A stretch of DNA of 64,000 bases from Callorhinchus milii (lineage: Eukaryota). Positions within the stretch are counted from its first letter, which is position 1; every line of letters begins with the position of its first letter. The translations under genes and the position numbers were made by a program. The DNA is taken from assembly GCF_018977255.1 (NCBI RefSeq), contig NW_024704742.1:133054001-133118000 (forward strand). The letters run 5' to 3'. The notes below the pieces were generated by a model, which worked only from the letters and a program-made list of their open reading frames with translations, had not been told where the DNA came from and searched no databases. Of the stretch, positions 34,721 through 47,770 are shown in pieces.

Positions 34721-37239
34721 TCTAAATGAGAGAGCTTGACATGCTTATCTGGTCCGCTCTTCTACGTGTTCTCACAATCTGGGCTGACATTGCAGTGCAG
34801 TGCTGGGGGGGTGCGCTGAATTGTCAGAGGTGCTGTCCTTCGGATCAGATGTTAAACCGAGGTGCCGTCTGCATGTTCGGTTGGACATTAAAGTTCCCAT
34901 GGCGCTATTTGAAAAGAGAAGGGAGTTTCTCCCAGTGTCTAAAAGCGCCTGACAATTCTAGTTCAAAATGTAAAGTCTAGTGACTGTATATTTTGTAGAC
35001 AATGGTGGCAACAACAAATTTTATTCTACAGCGCCTTTCACATCGGGAGGACGTCCCAAGGAGCTGGACAGTCTGGGATTTGCACCCGATTGGGGGTTAG
35101 GATCAGGAGGGGTGGAGGGCAGGGAAAGTGGGGGTAGGAGGGCACCCTGTTTACTAGTCCCGCAGAGCAATAGGAGCAGATTGTCAACAGCCAATTCTTG
35201 GGGACCCTGGTGAAGTTGGAGAAATAGCATAACCTGTCATTGAGAGTACTATTTTGCAAGCTTTCCCGTTGCTTGTCTAGCTAGACCACCCTACCTAAAG
35301 GCAAAAGTGCTGCCCGTTGAGCCAAACACTGACTGCGATGTAATTCCTATCTTACATTAAAAAAAAGTTAGTAGCCTGAAGTATCTGTTCAATTATGAAT
35401 ACATTTTTCAATGTATTAGATTTCTAAATCTAATAGAAAACAAAACACTCATTGCTACAGGGCAAAACCTAACAGAAAATTCTGTCACAAAACTCTCATG
35501 TGCAAAAGAGCCACATATTCCAATGAGGAGCTGCTCTGCTTGGGGGGACCAGATATGGGCCAGATATTATTGTATGAGCTATAAAAATATAACCGCGGTG
35601 AAGAGATCACTTAAATTTGGATTGGGGTCCAAGTGCAGAGCCTGGATTAATTATTCCGCATTGTAGGAATTACATTGAATGATACGGCATGGAAACAGGC
35701 ATCTGGCCCAACTAGGTCATGCTGGAATTCATACTACACACAGGCCCCCACACCTCCTTTTTCCGCTGTTTTATGGTGTCAACCTAGAGCCTAGTGTCTT
35801 GAGTCAGAAGATTGTGGGTTCGAGCCCCACATCAGGACTTTGAACTCACTAGGCTGGCGGTCGGGCCTTCAGCCTCTCTGCCCCGACCCTTTGGAACTCC
35901 ATTCCACAGTCTCTTCACCTCTCCCCCTCCTTTGCTCCTTCCACATTTGACTCAAGACCCTCCTCTTTGACCTCACCTTCGGTCATCTTGCTATTCCCAC
36001 CCCCTCTGCCCTCCACCCCTATCTGATCTCAACTCGCAGCTCGGGGGCAAACAACTCACTGCCCAGCGCCTTGGGACATCTTTCCAATGTGAAAAATGCT
36101 ATAAATGCAATTTGTTGTTGAGATATTAAACCAAGGTCTAGCCTACCCATCCAGGTGCACATCAAAGATCTCAACCTGCAAAAAGAAAAAAGACGGTTTC
36201 TCCCAGGGTCCTGGCCAATAATCCCCCAGACAGAATTATAGACTCTCTTCATACCTGTTTGTGGGACGTTGCTGATTGCCTGTATGCTGCCATGTTTGCC
36301 TACAAAATACACCGTTTACAGCAAATCTCGTAAGGCATATTTGAGAGACATGAAACTTGCTAGGTCAAATGCAAGGATTATATTCATGTTATTCATGATG
36401 TATGCATGGAGTGAAGTTGAAGTGATTTTACACCATGCTTGGACGAACGAGAATTGAACTTGCATCCAGCAAGCGTTTGCCTGGAGTTCAGCCATACTGT
36501 ATTAAAAAATTTAATTGTTATACTTCTGTACGCTCCATCAGACTTGTATCAACAATCCATCAGATCATTTCTTTGCTCAAGTAGGCAATGTTTTCATATC
36601 ATTTCATTTATTTCTTAAAAAATATTTAGATGGAAAAAAAAAGCCCTCAATTTCTTCGAAAGAATTGGCCGCAGCTATGGAAACAATGTACTGATTGGAA
36701 ACAGTGCTTTTTTTCTGAACAAATAAAATAAGATCTACAATCTATCAAATTAAAGCTACAAATTAGGAACTTCCCCTCGTGCTTTCCGCCCACCCACTTC
36801 TTCCCGGTCCACTCCTCCCTCAGCCAATGACTCAGTTGGTAAATCCACTGCCTGCCTGGAATTTGAATCAATTCAGACAAGCAAGGAATCAGGTTTGATC
36901 CCTGGTCTGTGGGGAATTAACTGATAATAATAATAGTAGTAATAGTAATATTGATCTCAGTAGGGGTGTAATAATTGGCCCAAGCAAGGGAAAACTCAGG
37001 GAAGGATTCCCATGCATGGTCACTGTTGGTGACTGTTGCTGGGAAGGAAGTGCATGTGTATACATTTACATTCACCCAGCGCCATTGGACGTTTCACAGC
37101 ACTTGGTAATGTCGGCTGGTCACCCAAGCTGAGATTGAGGGGAAAGTTGAAAACATGGTCAAAGAGGTATGTCTTGAGAATGTTGATGGCAGCTTGGAAG
37201 TATATAGGGCAACTTTCACATAGTACAGGTGTCTCCAAG

Positions 37240-40158
37240 GGCTTCGCAGGGTTGACGGACAGCAACAAGTCGGGTAAGATCCTGAAGCAGCAGTCCAGCT
37301 GCTCCATGATCGTCTCTCCTCCACCTTCAACTCCCTCGCCCCCCTGAAATCCAGGACGATCTCCAAACCCACCCGATCCCCCTGGTACGACAACCATCTC
37401 CGCCGCCTAAAAACCCAAACCCGTCTGCTCGAGCGCAGATGGCGGAAAACTGCCTAACAGTCCACTGCCAACTGTGGCTCGAGCATCTCCACAGCTACCG
37501 CCGTTCTTTAACACGCGCAAAAACAGCTTTCTACTCCAATATCATCTTGGAGGCTAAACACAACCCCAAAATCTTTTTTCCACCACCCATTACCTCCTCC
37601 GTGCCCCCCCTCAGGCCTCCTCAATCTTCGTATCAAATGCCAAGTGCGAGGAGGTCATGTATTTCTTTTCATCTAAAATACTTAACATCCACCAGGCAGC
37701 CTCATGCACCTTGTCACCCACCACCACACCCTCTCTGTCCCCCTCACCCTCTTCATCATCTGCTCCTATCACCACCTCCATCCTACATTCCTTCCTCCCC
37801 ATCTCTTCCTCCTCCCTCTCATTCACCATCACCTCCATGAAACCCACCACCTGCTGCCTTGACCCCCTCCCCAGCAACTTACTGGTCACCCAGCTCCCCC
37901 TCCTCTGCCCACTACTGGCTGACATCATCAATCAGTCCCTCTCCTCCGGATCAGTCTCTGCCTCCCTCAAAACTGCTGTCATCGCGCCCCCCCCCTCCTG
38001 AAAAAAACCCTCCCTAGATCCCTCAAACCCCAACCATACCGCCCTATTTCTAACCTGCCCTTCCTCTCAAAAGTTCTAGAACTCGTTGTTGCCCACCAAC
38101 TTCGCGCACACCTCTCCTCTCACTCCCTCTTCGAACCCCTCCAGTCCGGTTTCCGCCCACAATACAGAGACTGCACTGCGCTTGTGAAAGTCACAAACGA
38201 CATCTTCTCTATCTGTGACCAGGGCCCCCTCTGCCTCTTTGTCCTCCTGGACCTCTCCACCGCATTCAACACAGTCAATCACGCCATCCTCCTCCACCGC
38301 CTTTCCTCCGTCATCCACCTCAGTGGGACCGCACTCGCCAGGTTCGACTCCTACCTCACAAACCACCAGAAGTACATCTGCACAAACAGCTTCTCCTCCC
38401 GCTCTCACCCGATCACCTGCGGGGTACCCCAAGGATCCATCCTTGGCCCTCTCCTCTTTCTGATCTACATGCTCCCTCTTGGGGATGTCATCGCCGGTCT
38501 TCCCGCCACCTCCCTCCACAAGCTGCAGATCATTCAGAACTCTGCAGCTCGTGTACTGTCCCGCACCAGGCTTCGGGACCACAACACTCCCACCCTCGCT
38601 CGCCTCCACTGGCTCCCCATCCCCCAGAGGATTGATTTCAAGATCCTCATCCTCACCTACAAGGCCATTCACGGCCTTGCTCCCTCCTACCTCTCCGACC
38701 TACTATCCCCCTACCTACCTGCCCGTACCCTCCGTTCCTCTGACTCTGGTCTGCTCCACGTCCCCCGCCCCAACCGCCCTACCATCGGTGGTCGGGCCTT
38801 CAGCCTCTCAGCCCCCAGGCTCTGGAACTCCATCCCCCAGTGCCTTCGCCTTGCTTCCTCCCTTTCCTCCTTCAAGGCCGGTCTCAAAACCTTTCTCTTT
38901 GACCGTGCCTTCAGCTCCCCTCTCGACTCTCTTCCCCCTCCTCGCCCCTCCCTTCCCTCCCCTCACCCTGACCATTTCCCCCCTCCTCGCTCCCTCCCTT
39001 CCCTCCCCTCACCCTGACCATTTCCCCCTCCTTGCTCCCTCCCTTCCCTCCCCTCACCCTGACCATTTCCCCCTGCTCGGGTCATGACCCAACTGTGCAG
39101 CGCCTTGGAACGTCCTCCTGACGTGAAAGGCGCTTTATAAATGGAATCTTGTTGATGTTGTTGTTGTTGTTGTTGTCATCCGCAGACATGGGGTACACTT
39201 CCACATGTATGCAGACGACACCCAACTCTATTTTTCCACCTCTCTTTGTGATCCCCAATCCCCTGATGTTCTGTCAGTATGCCTGTCAGACCTCAGGGGC
39301 TGGATGGGCGCAAATTTCCTTCAGCTGAACGTTGACAAGATGGAAGCCATACTCTTTGGCTCTCGTCAACGTCTAAAATCTCATGGCTCTCACCTCCTCC
39401 ATCTATCCGACCTCCCACTAAAACTCTCCGAACCCGTATGCAACCTAGGCGTCAGGTTCGACCCCCAATTATCCTTCCTCGCAAACATCCGGCCCCTCAC
39501 CAGCACCGCTTTCTTCCACCTCCGACGCATCGCCGTCTCCGCCAATACCTCACTCCAAAAGCCCCTGAAACCCTGGTCCATGCCTTTGTCACCTCTCAGC
39601 TGTCACCTCTAATGCCCTCCTCGCCAGCCTCCCCTTCACTACCATCCATAAAATCCAAATCATTCAAAACTCTGCCGTCCGCATTCTCACCCGCACGAAA
39701 CTTCGCTCCCCGATCACCCCAGTCCTTGCCAGACTGCACTGGCTGCCTGTCCCACAGAGGATCACCTTTAAGATCCTCACCCTTGTCTTCAAATCCCTCC
39801 ACTCTTCTGCATCCCCCCTACCTCTCTGACCTCCTCTCTCCTCAAAACAGTACCTGTTGCCTTTGTTCCTCCAGTTCTGGCCTACTCCTCGTCCCCTGAG
39901 TCCTACGCTCCACCCTCGGCGGTCGTGCCTTCAGCCACTATGCCCCGAGGCTCTGAAACTCCCTTCCTCACTCCCTTCGCCTCACTCCCTCCCTTTCTAT
40001 TTTCTGGTCTCTGCTGAAATCCTTTCTTTTCGACCGCGCCTTTGGTCATCTTCCTCCCCCTTCCCCTGACCCGGTCCCGGGATCTGTTACTGTGAAGCGT
40101 CCTGAGACGCCTTCTGGCGTGGAGGGTGCTATATAAATCCAAGTTGTTGTTGTTGTTG
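37240..40158 (+). mobile_element. Long L2 LINE ORF2 remnant, split by a nested L2
   Basis: PWY...[62 protein letters not shown], then MYADDTQLY after 39180; (TTG)n tail at 40158. Confidence 0.95.
38493..39173 (+). mobile_element. Young L2 3' fragment nested in the older L2
   Basis: TSD TGTCATC at 38486-38492 and 39174-39180; has its own tail and a short tandem expansion in the 3' UTR (about 38935-39075). Confidence 0.92.
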
Positions 40159-41604
40159 AGGAGAGGAAGGAGAATTAATTTAAGATATTTGAGCTAATCT
40201 CAGTCACAGAGGGTTGGAGGAGGGAGGGAGCAAAGACTAGCCTACGTGTTAGGGCTTTGGCTTGCAGGGTTAACAAGAGATGAGTGGAAAAAATCCCTCC
40301 CAGCCCTGCCTGACGAAACAGGCTGGTCTTTCTGTCATCAGCAGTGTCCCGGAGTACTGCAGACCCGCCTGACTCAGGAACTGAACTACCGAGACCACCA
40401 CAGAAGGTTGACTGGAATCTGATATTCTGTTGTCAGTCGTCTCACTTTAAAGACAGTTCAACTCCAAGAAAACCTCCCCTCTCCCGCTGCTTACCTCCCC
40501 CCCACATCCCCAGTCTAGAAGGATAGTCCAGAATAACCAATTTCACGCCTGTAAATGTGAAAGGCACTATACCAAATGTTAGGAAATGGTCTGATCCTAA
40601 TTCAGCACTGGATTTGGATTTCCTGACAAGAGTTCTTGAATCCAGTAAATTCCGTGGACAAAGAAACTGCCTACACTCTCAGTCCAGTTGGCACACGTGA
40701 AGAATAACACTTGGATAAGGGGTAAGAGGATATCTGACACCTGTAGAACTTTCAACCAGCCCGATTCACTACCCAGTGGAGACAGGGTGGGGTGGGTAGG
40801 TGGTGTGGGATAGCTGAACGAGGAGGACTACAGGTTAAAAAAGGTTAAAATCTGCTGCATCCAGACAACTGTGTTTGATTAATGTTTCAGACATCAGATA
40901 AATCAAACCAGCATGGACTGATTCAGAGATAGGATGATTCAGACCTGAAGTGATTCATAGAATGGATATGATGCCTAATGTTTATTCCCTGGACAATGAG
41001 TCAATAAGAACTGCAAACTTTTGATGAGCTTGCTATGCTGCTCTCGAAATGTTTCCTTTCTACAGCATCAACATCTGGATAGAAAGTAATACCAACCCTT
41101 GCATTTGATATCGAGCCTTGAGCGTGTCAGAAAGACGTCTCAAAGCGCTTCACGGGGTTTGATGTGAAGTGAATTGACTGCGTGTTTTGCAGGCGAATAC
41201 AACAGTCCAATTTGCACAGCAATGTTCCCTCAAACAGCCATGAAGTGAATGACCAATTTTTTTTGGGGGGGGGATTGTTGGCAGTACACTGGGAAAATCT
41301 CTCTTCTCTTTTAAAACAGGAAAAGGTTATTTTCGGAAAAGGATTTGAGATACTGAAACATCACAATAAAAATAATAATGGTTAAACCCAAAGCTTTAAT
41401 GGACAAGAATGAATGGAAATGTTGTCAGCCTAGCTCAGTCGGTAGCACTCTCACCACAGAGTCAGAAGGTTGTGGGTTCAAAACAACAAAAGATCCCATG
41501 GCACCACCTAAAAAGTGAAGGGAGTTTCTCTCAGCGTTTTGGCCAGCAATCCCCAAGATTTAAAAAAAATAATTTGCTTCATCAACAGTAACAGAAACTT
41601 ATCT

Positions 41605-41977
41605 AATAATAATAACAATCCTTGAATTTGACATAGCGCCTTATCACGTCTTCAAGACGTCTCAAAGCGCTTCACAGAATATACTGTAAAGTGAATGACT
41701 GTACATTCTGTGAGAAAAACACAGCAGCCATTTAACCCACAGCAGTGGCTCACAGACAGTTGCGGATTGAGTGACCAATTTTTTTTTTTTTTTTGAAGGA
41801 ATTATTACCCCTGAAAAAGCGATCCGCCAATCGAGTAACAACCAGGTTCCTACTCACTGCTAGGTAAACAGAGGCATGTGGAGTATGGAAACTAGCCAAA
41901 TTTTTTCCCTGCTGGGAATCAAATCCAAATCTCTCACTTACGAGGCGAGCGCTCTAACCCCTGAGCTACAGGACTCC
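41605..41977 (-). mobile_element. tRNA-Ala SINE, full length
   Basis: Shared family sequence. Confidence 0.9.
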
Positions 41978-42717
41978 ACAGGACACCATTTATATTGTGC
42001 CCTTCATGCAGGATAGCAGCTGTAGAATGGTGGGGATGGACACTGAGCAAGTGAGGCGTGGTTGAATAACTACCTCTTTATGGCTGTTTCTGGGACATTG
42101 CTGTGCTCAAATTGGTTGCTGCGTTCACTTACAAAATTCAGTGACTACATTTCATAATAAATCCTGTGAAGTACTTTGAGACATCAGCGAAAGTGAAAGG
42201 CCTTATAGCAAATGTAAGGGAAGGTCTGATCCTAATTCAGAGCTGGATGACAGGGTTCTTGAATCTAATAAGCTCTGTGAAGTTTCATTTATTGCCCATG
42301 AGCAAAATGGGCAGATATATTAACTGAAGCCCAAATTGACATATTGAACAGCTTCAGATTGATGCTGTTCGGATCGATGCAGTTCAATGGGATTTGGCCC
42401 GTTTGAGATTCATTCGGAATCAGAAGCTGCTGTGAAGTGTGCCTTCACTGTGTTTTCTAAAAGAGTAGCCCGTTTCTTTCATTTAGTTTGGCCTTCACTG
42501 GCCTGTCTGTTGCTAAACTTTATTGCACTTTACTGGAAGTTTGCCCAAAGCAAATAAAATGGTAATAATCTTTGCATTTAATATAGCATCTCATCACATC
42601 AAAACATCTCAAAGAGTTTACTATAAAGTGTGGTGACCATATATTTGTAGGTAGATGCAGCAGCCATTTTGTGTACAGCTTGTGTCCCAAAGAGCTGGGA
42701 GGTGACTGTCCAATTTA

Positions 42718-43031
42718 GGAGTCCTATAGCTCAGTCGTTAGAGCACTCGCCTCGCAAGCGAGAGACCTGGGTTTGATTCCCGGCAGGGCGAAGCTTTGGG
42801 CAAGTTTCCTTACTCTACATGCCTGATAATAATCCCTCAAGAAAAAAAAATAATGATAAATTGGTCACTTCAATCCACGACTGTTTGTTGGACACTGCTG
42901 TGTGCAATTGGCTGAAGTGTTTCGCCCATAAATATACAGTCAATTCCCTTTACAGTATATTCTGTGAAGCGCTTTGAGGCGTCTAGAAGACATGAAAAGC
43001 TATATCAAATGCAACGATTATTATTATTATT
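42718..43031 (+). mobile_element. tRNA-Ala SINE
   Basis: Shared family sequence. Confidence 0.9.
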
Positions 43032-44440
43032 AACTGAAAGACAATACAATGCAACACAGTTAACATCCATATGTGACTTTTAAGTCAGGAGGACATTTTA
43101 ATATTTAATAGGGAGGGTAGGGGTAGGAGGATGACCAAAGGCGCGGTCAAAGAGGGGGGTCTTGAAGGAGGGAAGGGAGGGTGTGAGAGGAGGGACTGTG
43201 GAATTGAGTTCAAAAAGGTGGGGGCAGAAGGCCTGAAGGCCTGGCTGCTGATGGTGGGGTGGGCAGAGTGGGAGACGTGGAGCAGGCCGGAGCCCGCTGA
43301 GCAGAGGGAGCGGACAGGGCAATCTGGAGTTAGCAGGTCGCAGAGGCAGGGAGGAGAAAGGCCATGAAGGGCTTTTGAGTTTGAAACGAGTGAGCTGGAA
43401 AAAAGGATTCCAATTCCTAGTTTTGCTGAACAACAGAATCAAATCTTAGCCTTTAGTTTATAAGATTAAAAGCTCACTGCTCCTTCCTGGTGATGCACTG
43501 GAGGGTTATAAACCTGTATCTATCCCAGATGTAATTGAGCTGAGCAGCAATCGATCGTACTGTCTTCTCTGTTGAAACGTACGGACCTGGTTGGTCCTCT
43601 CTGAGTTAATGCTTCAATTCAATTTAACAGATAGCAACAGACTTGGCACCTAAAGAGGAAAAGTGTACGTCAAGGCTGCTGGCTGTACTATATTTGATTG
43701 GTCTGATACTGTAGAGGGTGTTCAGAAAGTTTTGTTATCCCTATGTTTGCCTTTCTACAATGCACTGATCGACAACTGAAACATGTGGAAAAATATTGAT
43801 AATTATATGTGAGATGTTGCTGTGTGCAAATTGGCTTCTACGTTCACCCACAAAACACACATTACTACATCTTACAGAATGTTAGTGAAGCACTTTGAGA
43901 CATGACCGACAGTTTATTATTTTAATCACTTTCTCATTCTCTTTCTTGGGTTTGCAAAACAAAACTTGGAATTGAAAGCGTTAAACGAAAAGACTATTTT
44001 GTCAATTTTATTCTTTTTCACTCACACACACACACACACACACATACACACACATCCTCCCCCTTGTTGTACAAGACCGCCTGGTCAAGAGAAACTTTTC
44101 CATGAACTTTAGCCTGGACGGATTACTCGTGATCTCCCTCTTATCTCTTGTCATAACATGCTTTGCAACTTATTGTTGCCACTATAACTCATGGAGGCTG
44201 AGCCCACTTAATCCAATGTGCTACACTGGATGCAGGTTCAGATCTGATGTGATTTACTTCAGACAGTGGGTACACTTTCCCACGCAGAGACTTAGCAAAA
44301 CAGTCCAGATTGATAAGTCTCGGCTTTTCCGTTTGACCAACCTGACAATTTTAATATTTTTCCCCCCCCAGAAGTTTATCGTTGGGGTATGTGATCCGAA
44401 TAAAAAGGGCGACCTTTTAATAAAAAAATATACATATATA

Positions 44441-44549
44441 CAGAGTGACCAAAAAGTCTTGATTATATACCCTATTATCTAAAAAAAATCATAATTTCTT
44501 TAAGACTTATTAGACATTCTAATGATATCACGACTTTTTGGTCACTCTG
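44441..44549. mobile_element. Tc1/mariner-type MITE, 109 bp
   Basis: 23-bp TIR CAGAGTGACCAAAAAGTC(T/G)TGAT with one mismatch; TA on the left flank, GA on the right. Confidence 0.8.
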
Positions 44550-44882
44550 GAAAAGAAAAGGGAAAAGAGGGAGAGAGTATTGGAGAGATGTTTTGAGAAG
44601 TGCCGCTATAACTCTGTAACTTGAGTGTTTCAGAGAGCAGGGTATGGTAGTTGAAGGCTCAGCTGCTAATTGCGGTGGGGAAAGAGGTGGGGGGGTCAAA
44701 GACCCAAGTTTGCCAAGCATGGGCTAGGGTTGCACTGAGCAGAGAGAAAAGCTGGAGCGGAGCACAGAGGTGGGGAGGCACGAGGGAGTGAGAATTGGGA
44801 AACTAGCGTGAAAGAGGGCTAAGCAGGCTATAGAGAGCTGAAACAAGCTTAGTCGGTCCAAAGGCCTTCTTCTGGAATTTGT

Positions 44883-45260
44883 GGAGTCCTGCAGTGTAGT
44901 GGTTAAAGCCTTGCCTCAAAAGCAAGAGGACTTGCGTTCGATTCCAGCGCGGGGAGAAACATCAGGCAAGTTTCCTTACTCCGCACACCTCTGTTGCCTA
45001 GCAGTAAGTAGGAACCTGGTTGTTAGTCGATTGATGGTTTGCTTTTCCAGGGTTTATAATCCCTTAAAAAAAATAATTTCAGCACTCAATCCACAACTGT
45101 TGGTGGGACGCTGTTGTGCGCAATTGGCTGCTGTGTTTTGCCCACAAAATAAACAGTCAATTTACTTTACAGTAGATTCTGTGAAGTGCTTTGTCACGTC
45201 TCAAAGACATGATAAGGCGCTATATCAAATGCAAGGATTATTATTATTATTACTATTATT
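44883..45260 (+). mobile_element. tRNA-Ala SINE, full length
   Basis: Shared family sequence. Confidence 0.88.
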
Positions 45261-45684
45261 CTACCTGGACAAAGTGTTTCTAAGCAAGAAAAGCAAACCT
45301 TGGTGATATTTGGAAACGTGTGCCTTAGAAAGCTTGACTGGTCATCATAACCCATCACTGAAATGCTTTCACCAGTGAGGTCTTAAAACCTGCAGTATCA
45401 GAACTTGAGTGCTTTATGCTGTAATCTGATACCTTTAATTGTGTTACAGCTTTGAAAAAACACTCATATTATTTGCTGTATATTGTAGGTGCTCCTGTTT
45501 GGCTTCAAATGGCTACAGAATGGACGAGAGGCCATTAGTTTCAGATTTCTGATTGTCTTATAGATTTACTGTGTGAAATCATTAAGCCTGTGTGTTAGTT
45601 TTTAATGATAATTTTTATGTAATAATCATTTTATTTATTTATGTTTATTCCTCTTTCTCCACATACCCATTGGGGCGCTCAATA

Positions 45685-46325
45685 ACAACCAGCCTTTCAT
45701 TTGATAAGGGTGCCTATACACGTTGAAACGTCTCCACAGAGTTGCTGTCATGGAGTGATTGTGTATTTGTAGGCGAACATGGAGCCAATTTGCACACAGC
45801 AACTTCCCACAAACAGCCATTGTGTGAATGGCCGATTTTATCTGGACACTTGTTGGCCAGGACACCGGGAGGAACTCTTCTTCCTTCTCTTTTCCAATAG
45901 TGTCACAGGATTTTTGAACAGATAGACAGGACCTCAGGCAATCCTCAAAGGATGGCATCCCTGACAATGTATTTCCTCAGCATAACCTAAGCTGACATGC
46001 TAGTGCAGTGCTGGAGATGTGCTGCATTGTCAGAGGAGCCGCCCTTCGGATGAAACATGAAACTGAAGTTCCGTCTGCCTGTTCAGGTGGGTGTCAAAGA
46101 TCCCATGGCGCTACTCAAAAAGAGAAAGGATTTTCTCCCTGTGTCGAGGCCAATGATCCCCCAGATAAAATCGGGCACTCACTTTGTTGCTTTTTGTGGG
46201 GGACATTGCTGTGCAAAAATTGGATGACGCATTCTCCTACAAAATGCACAGTGTCTTATGAATCTCAAGTACTCTGCTTGTGAAGCAAAGAGCTTTGAGA
46301 GCTCATCCTGAATTGTAAAGATTGT
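45685..46325. mobile_element. Two Deu SINE bodies in opposite orientations (about 45685-45970 -, about 45985-46325 +)
   Basis: Deu body motifs on opposite strands. Confidence 0.7.
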
Positions 46326-47224
46326 TATTACATTATTATTAAGAAATTAATAATATTTATTATTAAGAAATTAATAATATTTATTATTAATAATAATTGT
46401 CTACCGTATTTCGCCCACAAAATACAGTCAGTCCACTTTCCAACATACTCTGTACAGCATCTTAGAGACTTCTCAATGATGTGATAATGCACTGAATCAA
46501 ATGCAAGGATTATTATAAATACAAACATGGAGGTTTGATGAACCGGCCTGCCCCTCCACAGCAATCCAGGAAAGATCATTGCAGTGCCGTGAAGTGGGCT
46601 GGAAACAGTTAGCGGAGTACCATTCAGAATGTCTTCTTGCACAATAAGATTTCGGAGATTGTGTTGCACAATGTCCAATCTTGCAGGCATTAGTTCATAT
46701 AGACGGGGTGGGAGGGGGGAGGTGCAGTAGAAGGGGTGGGGGGGGGGATGGCGTGGGGGTGCATAAAATGTTAACAGACTTCTAAAAAGAGAAACACATG
46801 AGAATATAAACCAAAGCTTGTCAGCAAGTTGAAAGCATAGTCACAATAATGTTTTTTGGCACAGTTGCCTGGCTATAAACTATAATAATAGTTTCATTTA
46901 ATTTACCTATTATTAGAGCTTATCAGCCGGGCAACTGCACTTTGCAGTAAAACTCCTTTGAAGCTTCTTTCACATTTGGATGATATCTCAAAGTGCTTCA
47001 ATGGAATTACTGTAAAATGCAGTGACTGTGTGTTTTTGTAGGCAAACACTTACTGTGTGTGTAATGGGGAGTGTGGCACCAATTAGTGTGGGGGGATTTA
47101 AGTGGCTCATTTTATAGCAGCTCTCCTTTACGACGATTTACATCATTTATTTATTTCACTTCCCAGCATTTTACTGTGAAATGCAGTGACTGTATAATTT
47201 GCATGTGAACCAGTATACATACAG

Positions 47225-47770
47225 CAACAACAACAACTTACATTCAAGGGGCAGAGTTTCCGAGTGGTTAACAGTGGCGGAGCCTGACACCAAGGCAATG
47301 GGACAGAGGAGATAACTGTAAGCACAGTCAAAGAGGAAAGTCATCAGTTGTGATCTAAAAGAGGGGAAGGAGGGGGAAAGGCAGTGGGATTGGGGGTGAG
47401 AGTTCCACAGCTTCGGGGTGTAGTGGCTGAAAGCCCGGCTGCTGATGGTGAAGTGGGGGACAAGCAGCAGGCCAGAGCCAGCGGAGTGGAGGCAGCAAGT
47501 AGTGGGGAGAAAGCAGGTAGGGGAATGGGGAGAAAGGTAGGGAAGTGCCAGGGCATGAAGGGATTTGAGGATCTTGAAATTGATCCGTCCTGTGATAAGG
47601 AGCCAGCAGAGTCTGGTGAGGACTGGTGTGATGGGGGCAAGGAGTTTAGTGTGCGTGAGAATATGGATGGCGGAGTTGTTAATCAATTGTAGTTTGGCGG
47701 TAGTGGAGCTGGGGAGATTGGTGAAGAAGGCATTGGAGTAGTCGAGGCAGGATTTAACCAAAGCATGGAC
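47225..47770 (-). mobile_element. L2 3' fragment
   Basis: LDYSNAFFTNLPSST..KLQLINNSA..ITPVLTRLCWL..INFKIL. Confidence 0.9.

Noticed and set aside
36815..37060. Older tRNA-like SINE of another family
   Set aside because: Box-like motifs are visible, but it is too decayed to assign or delimit.
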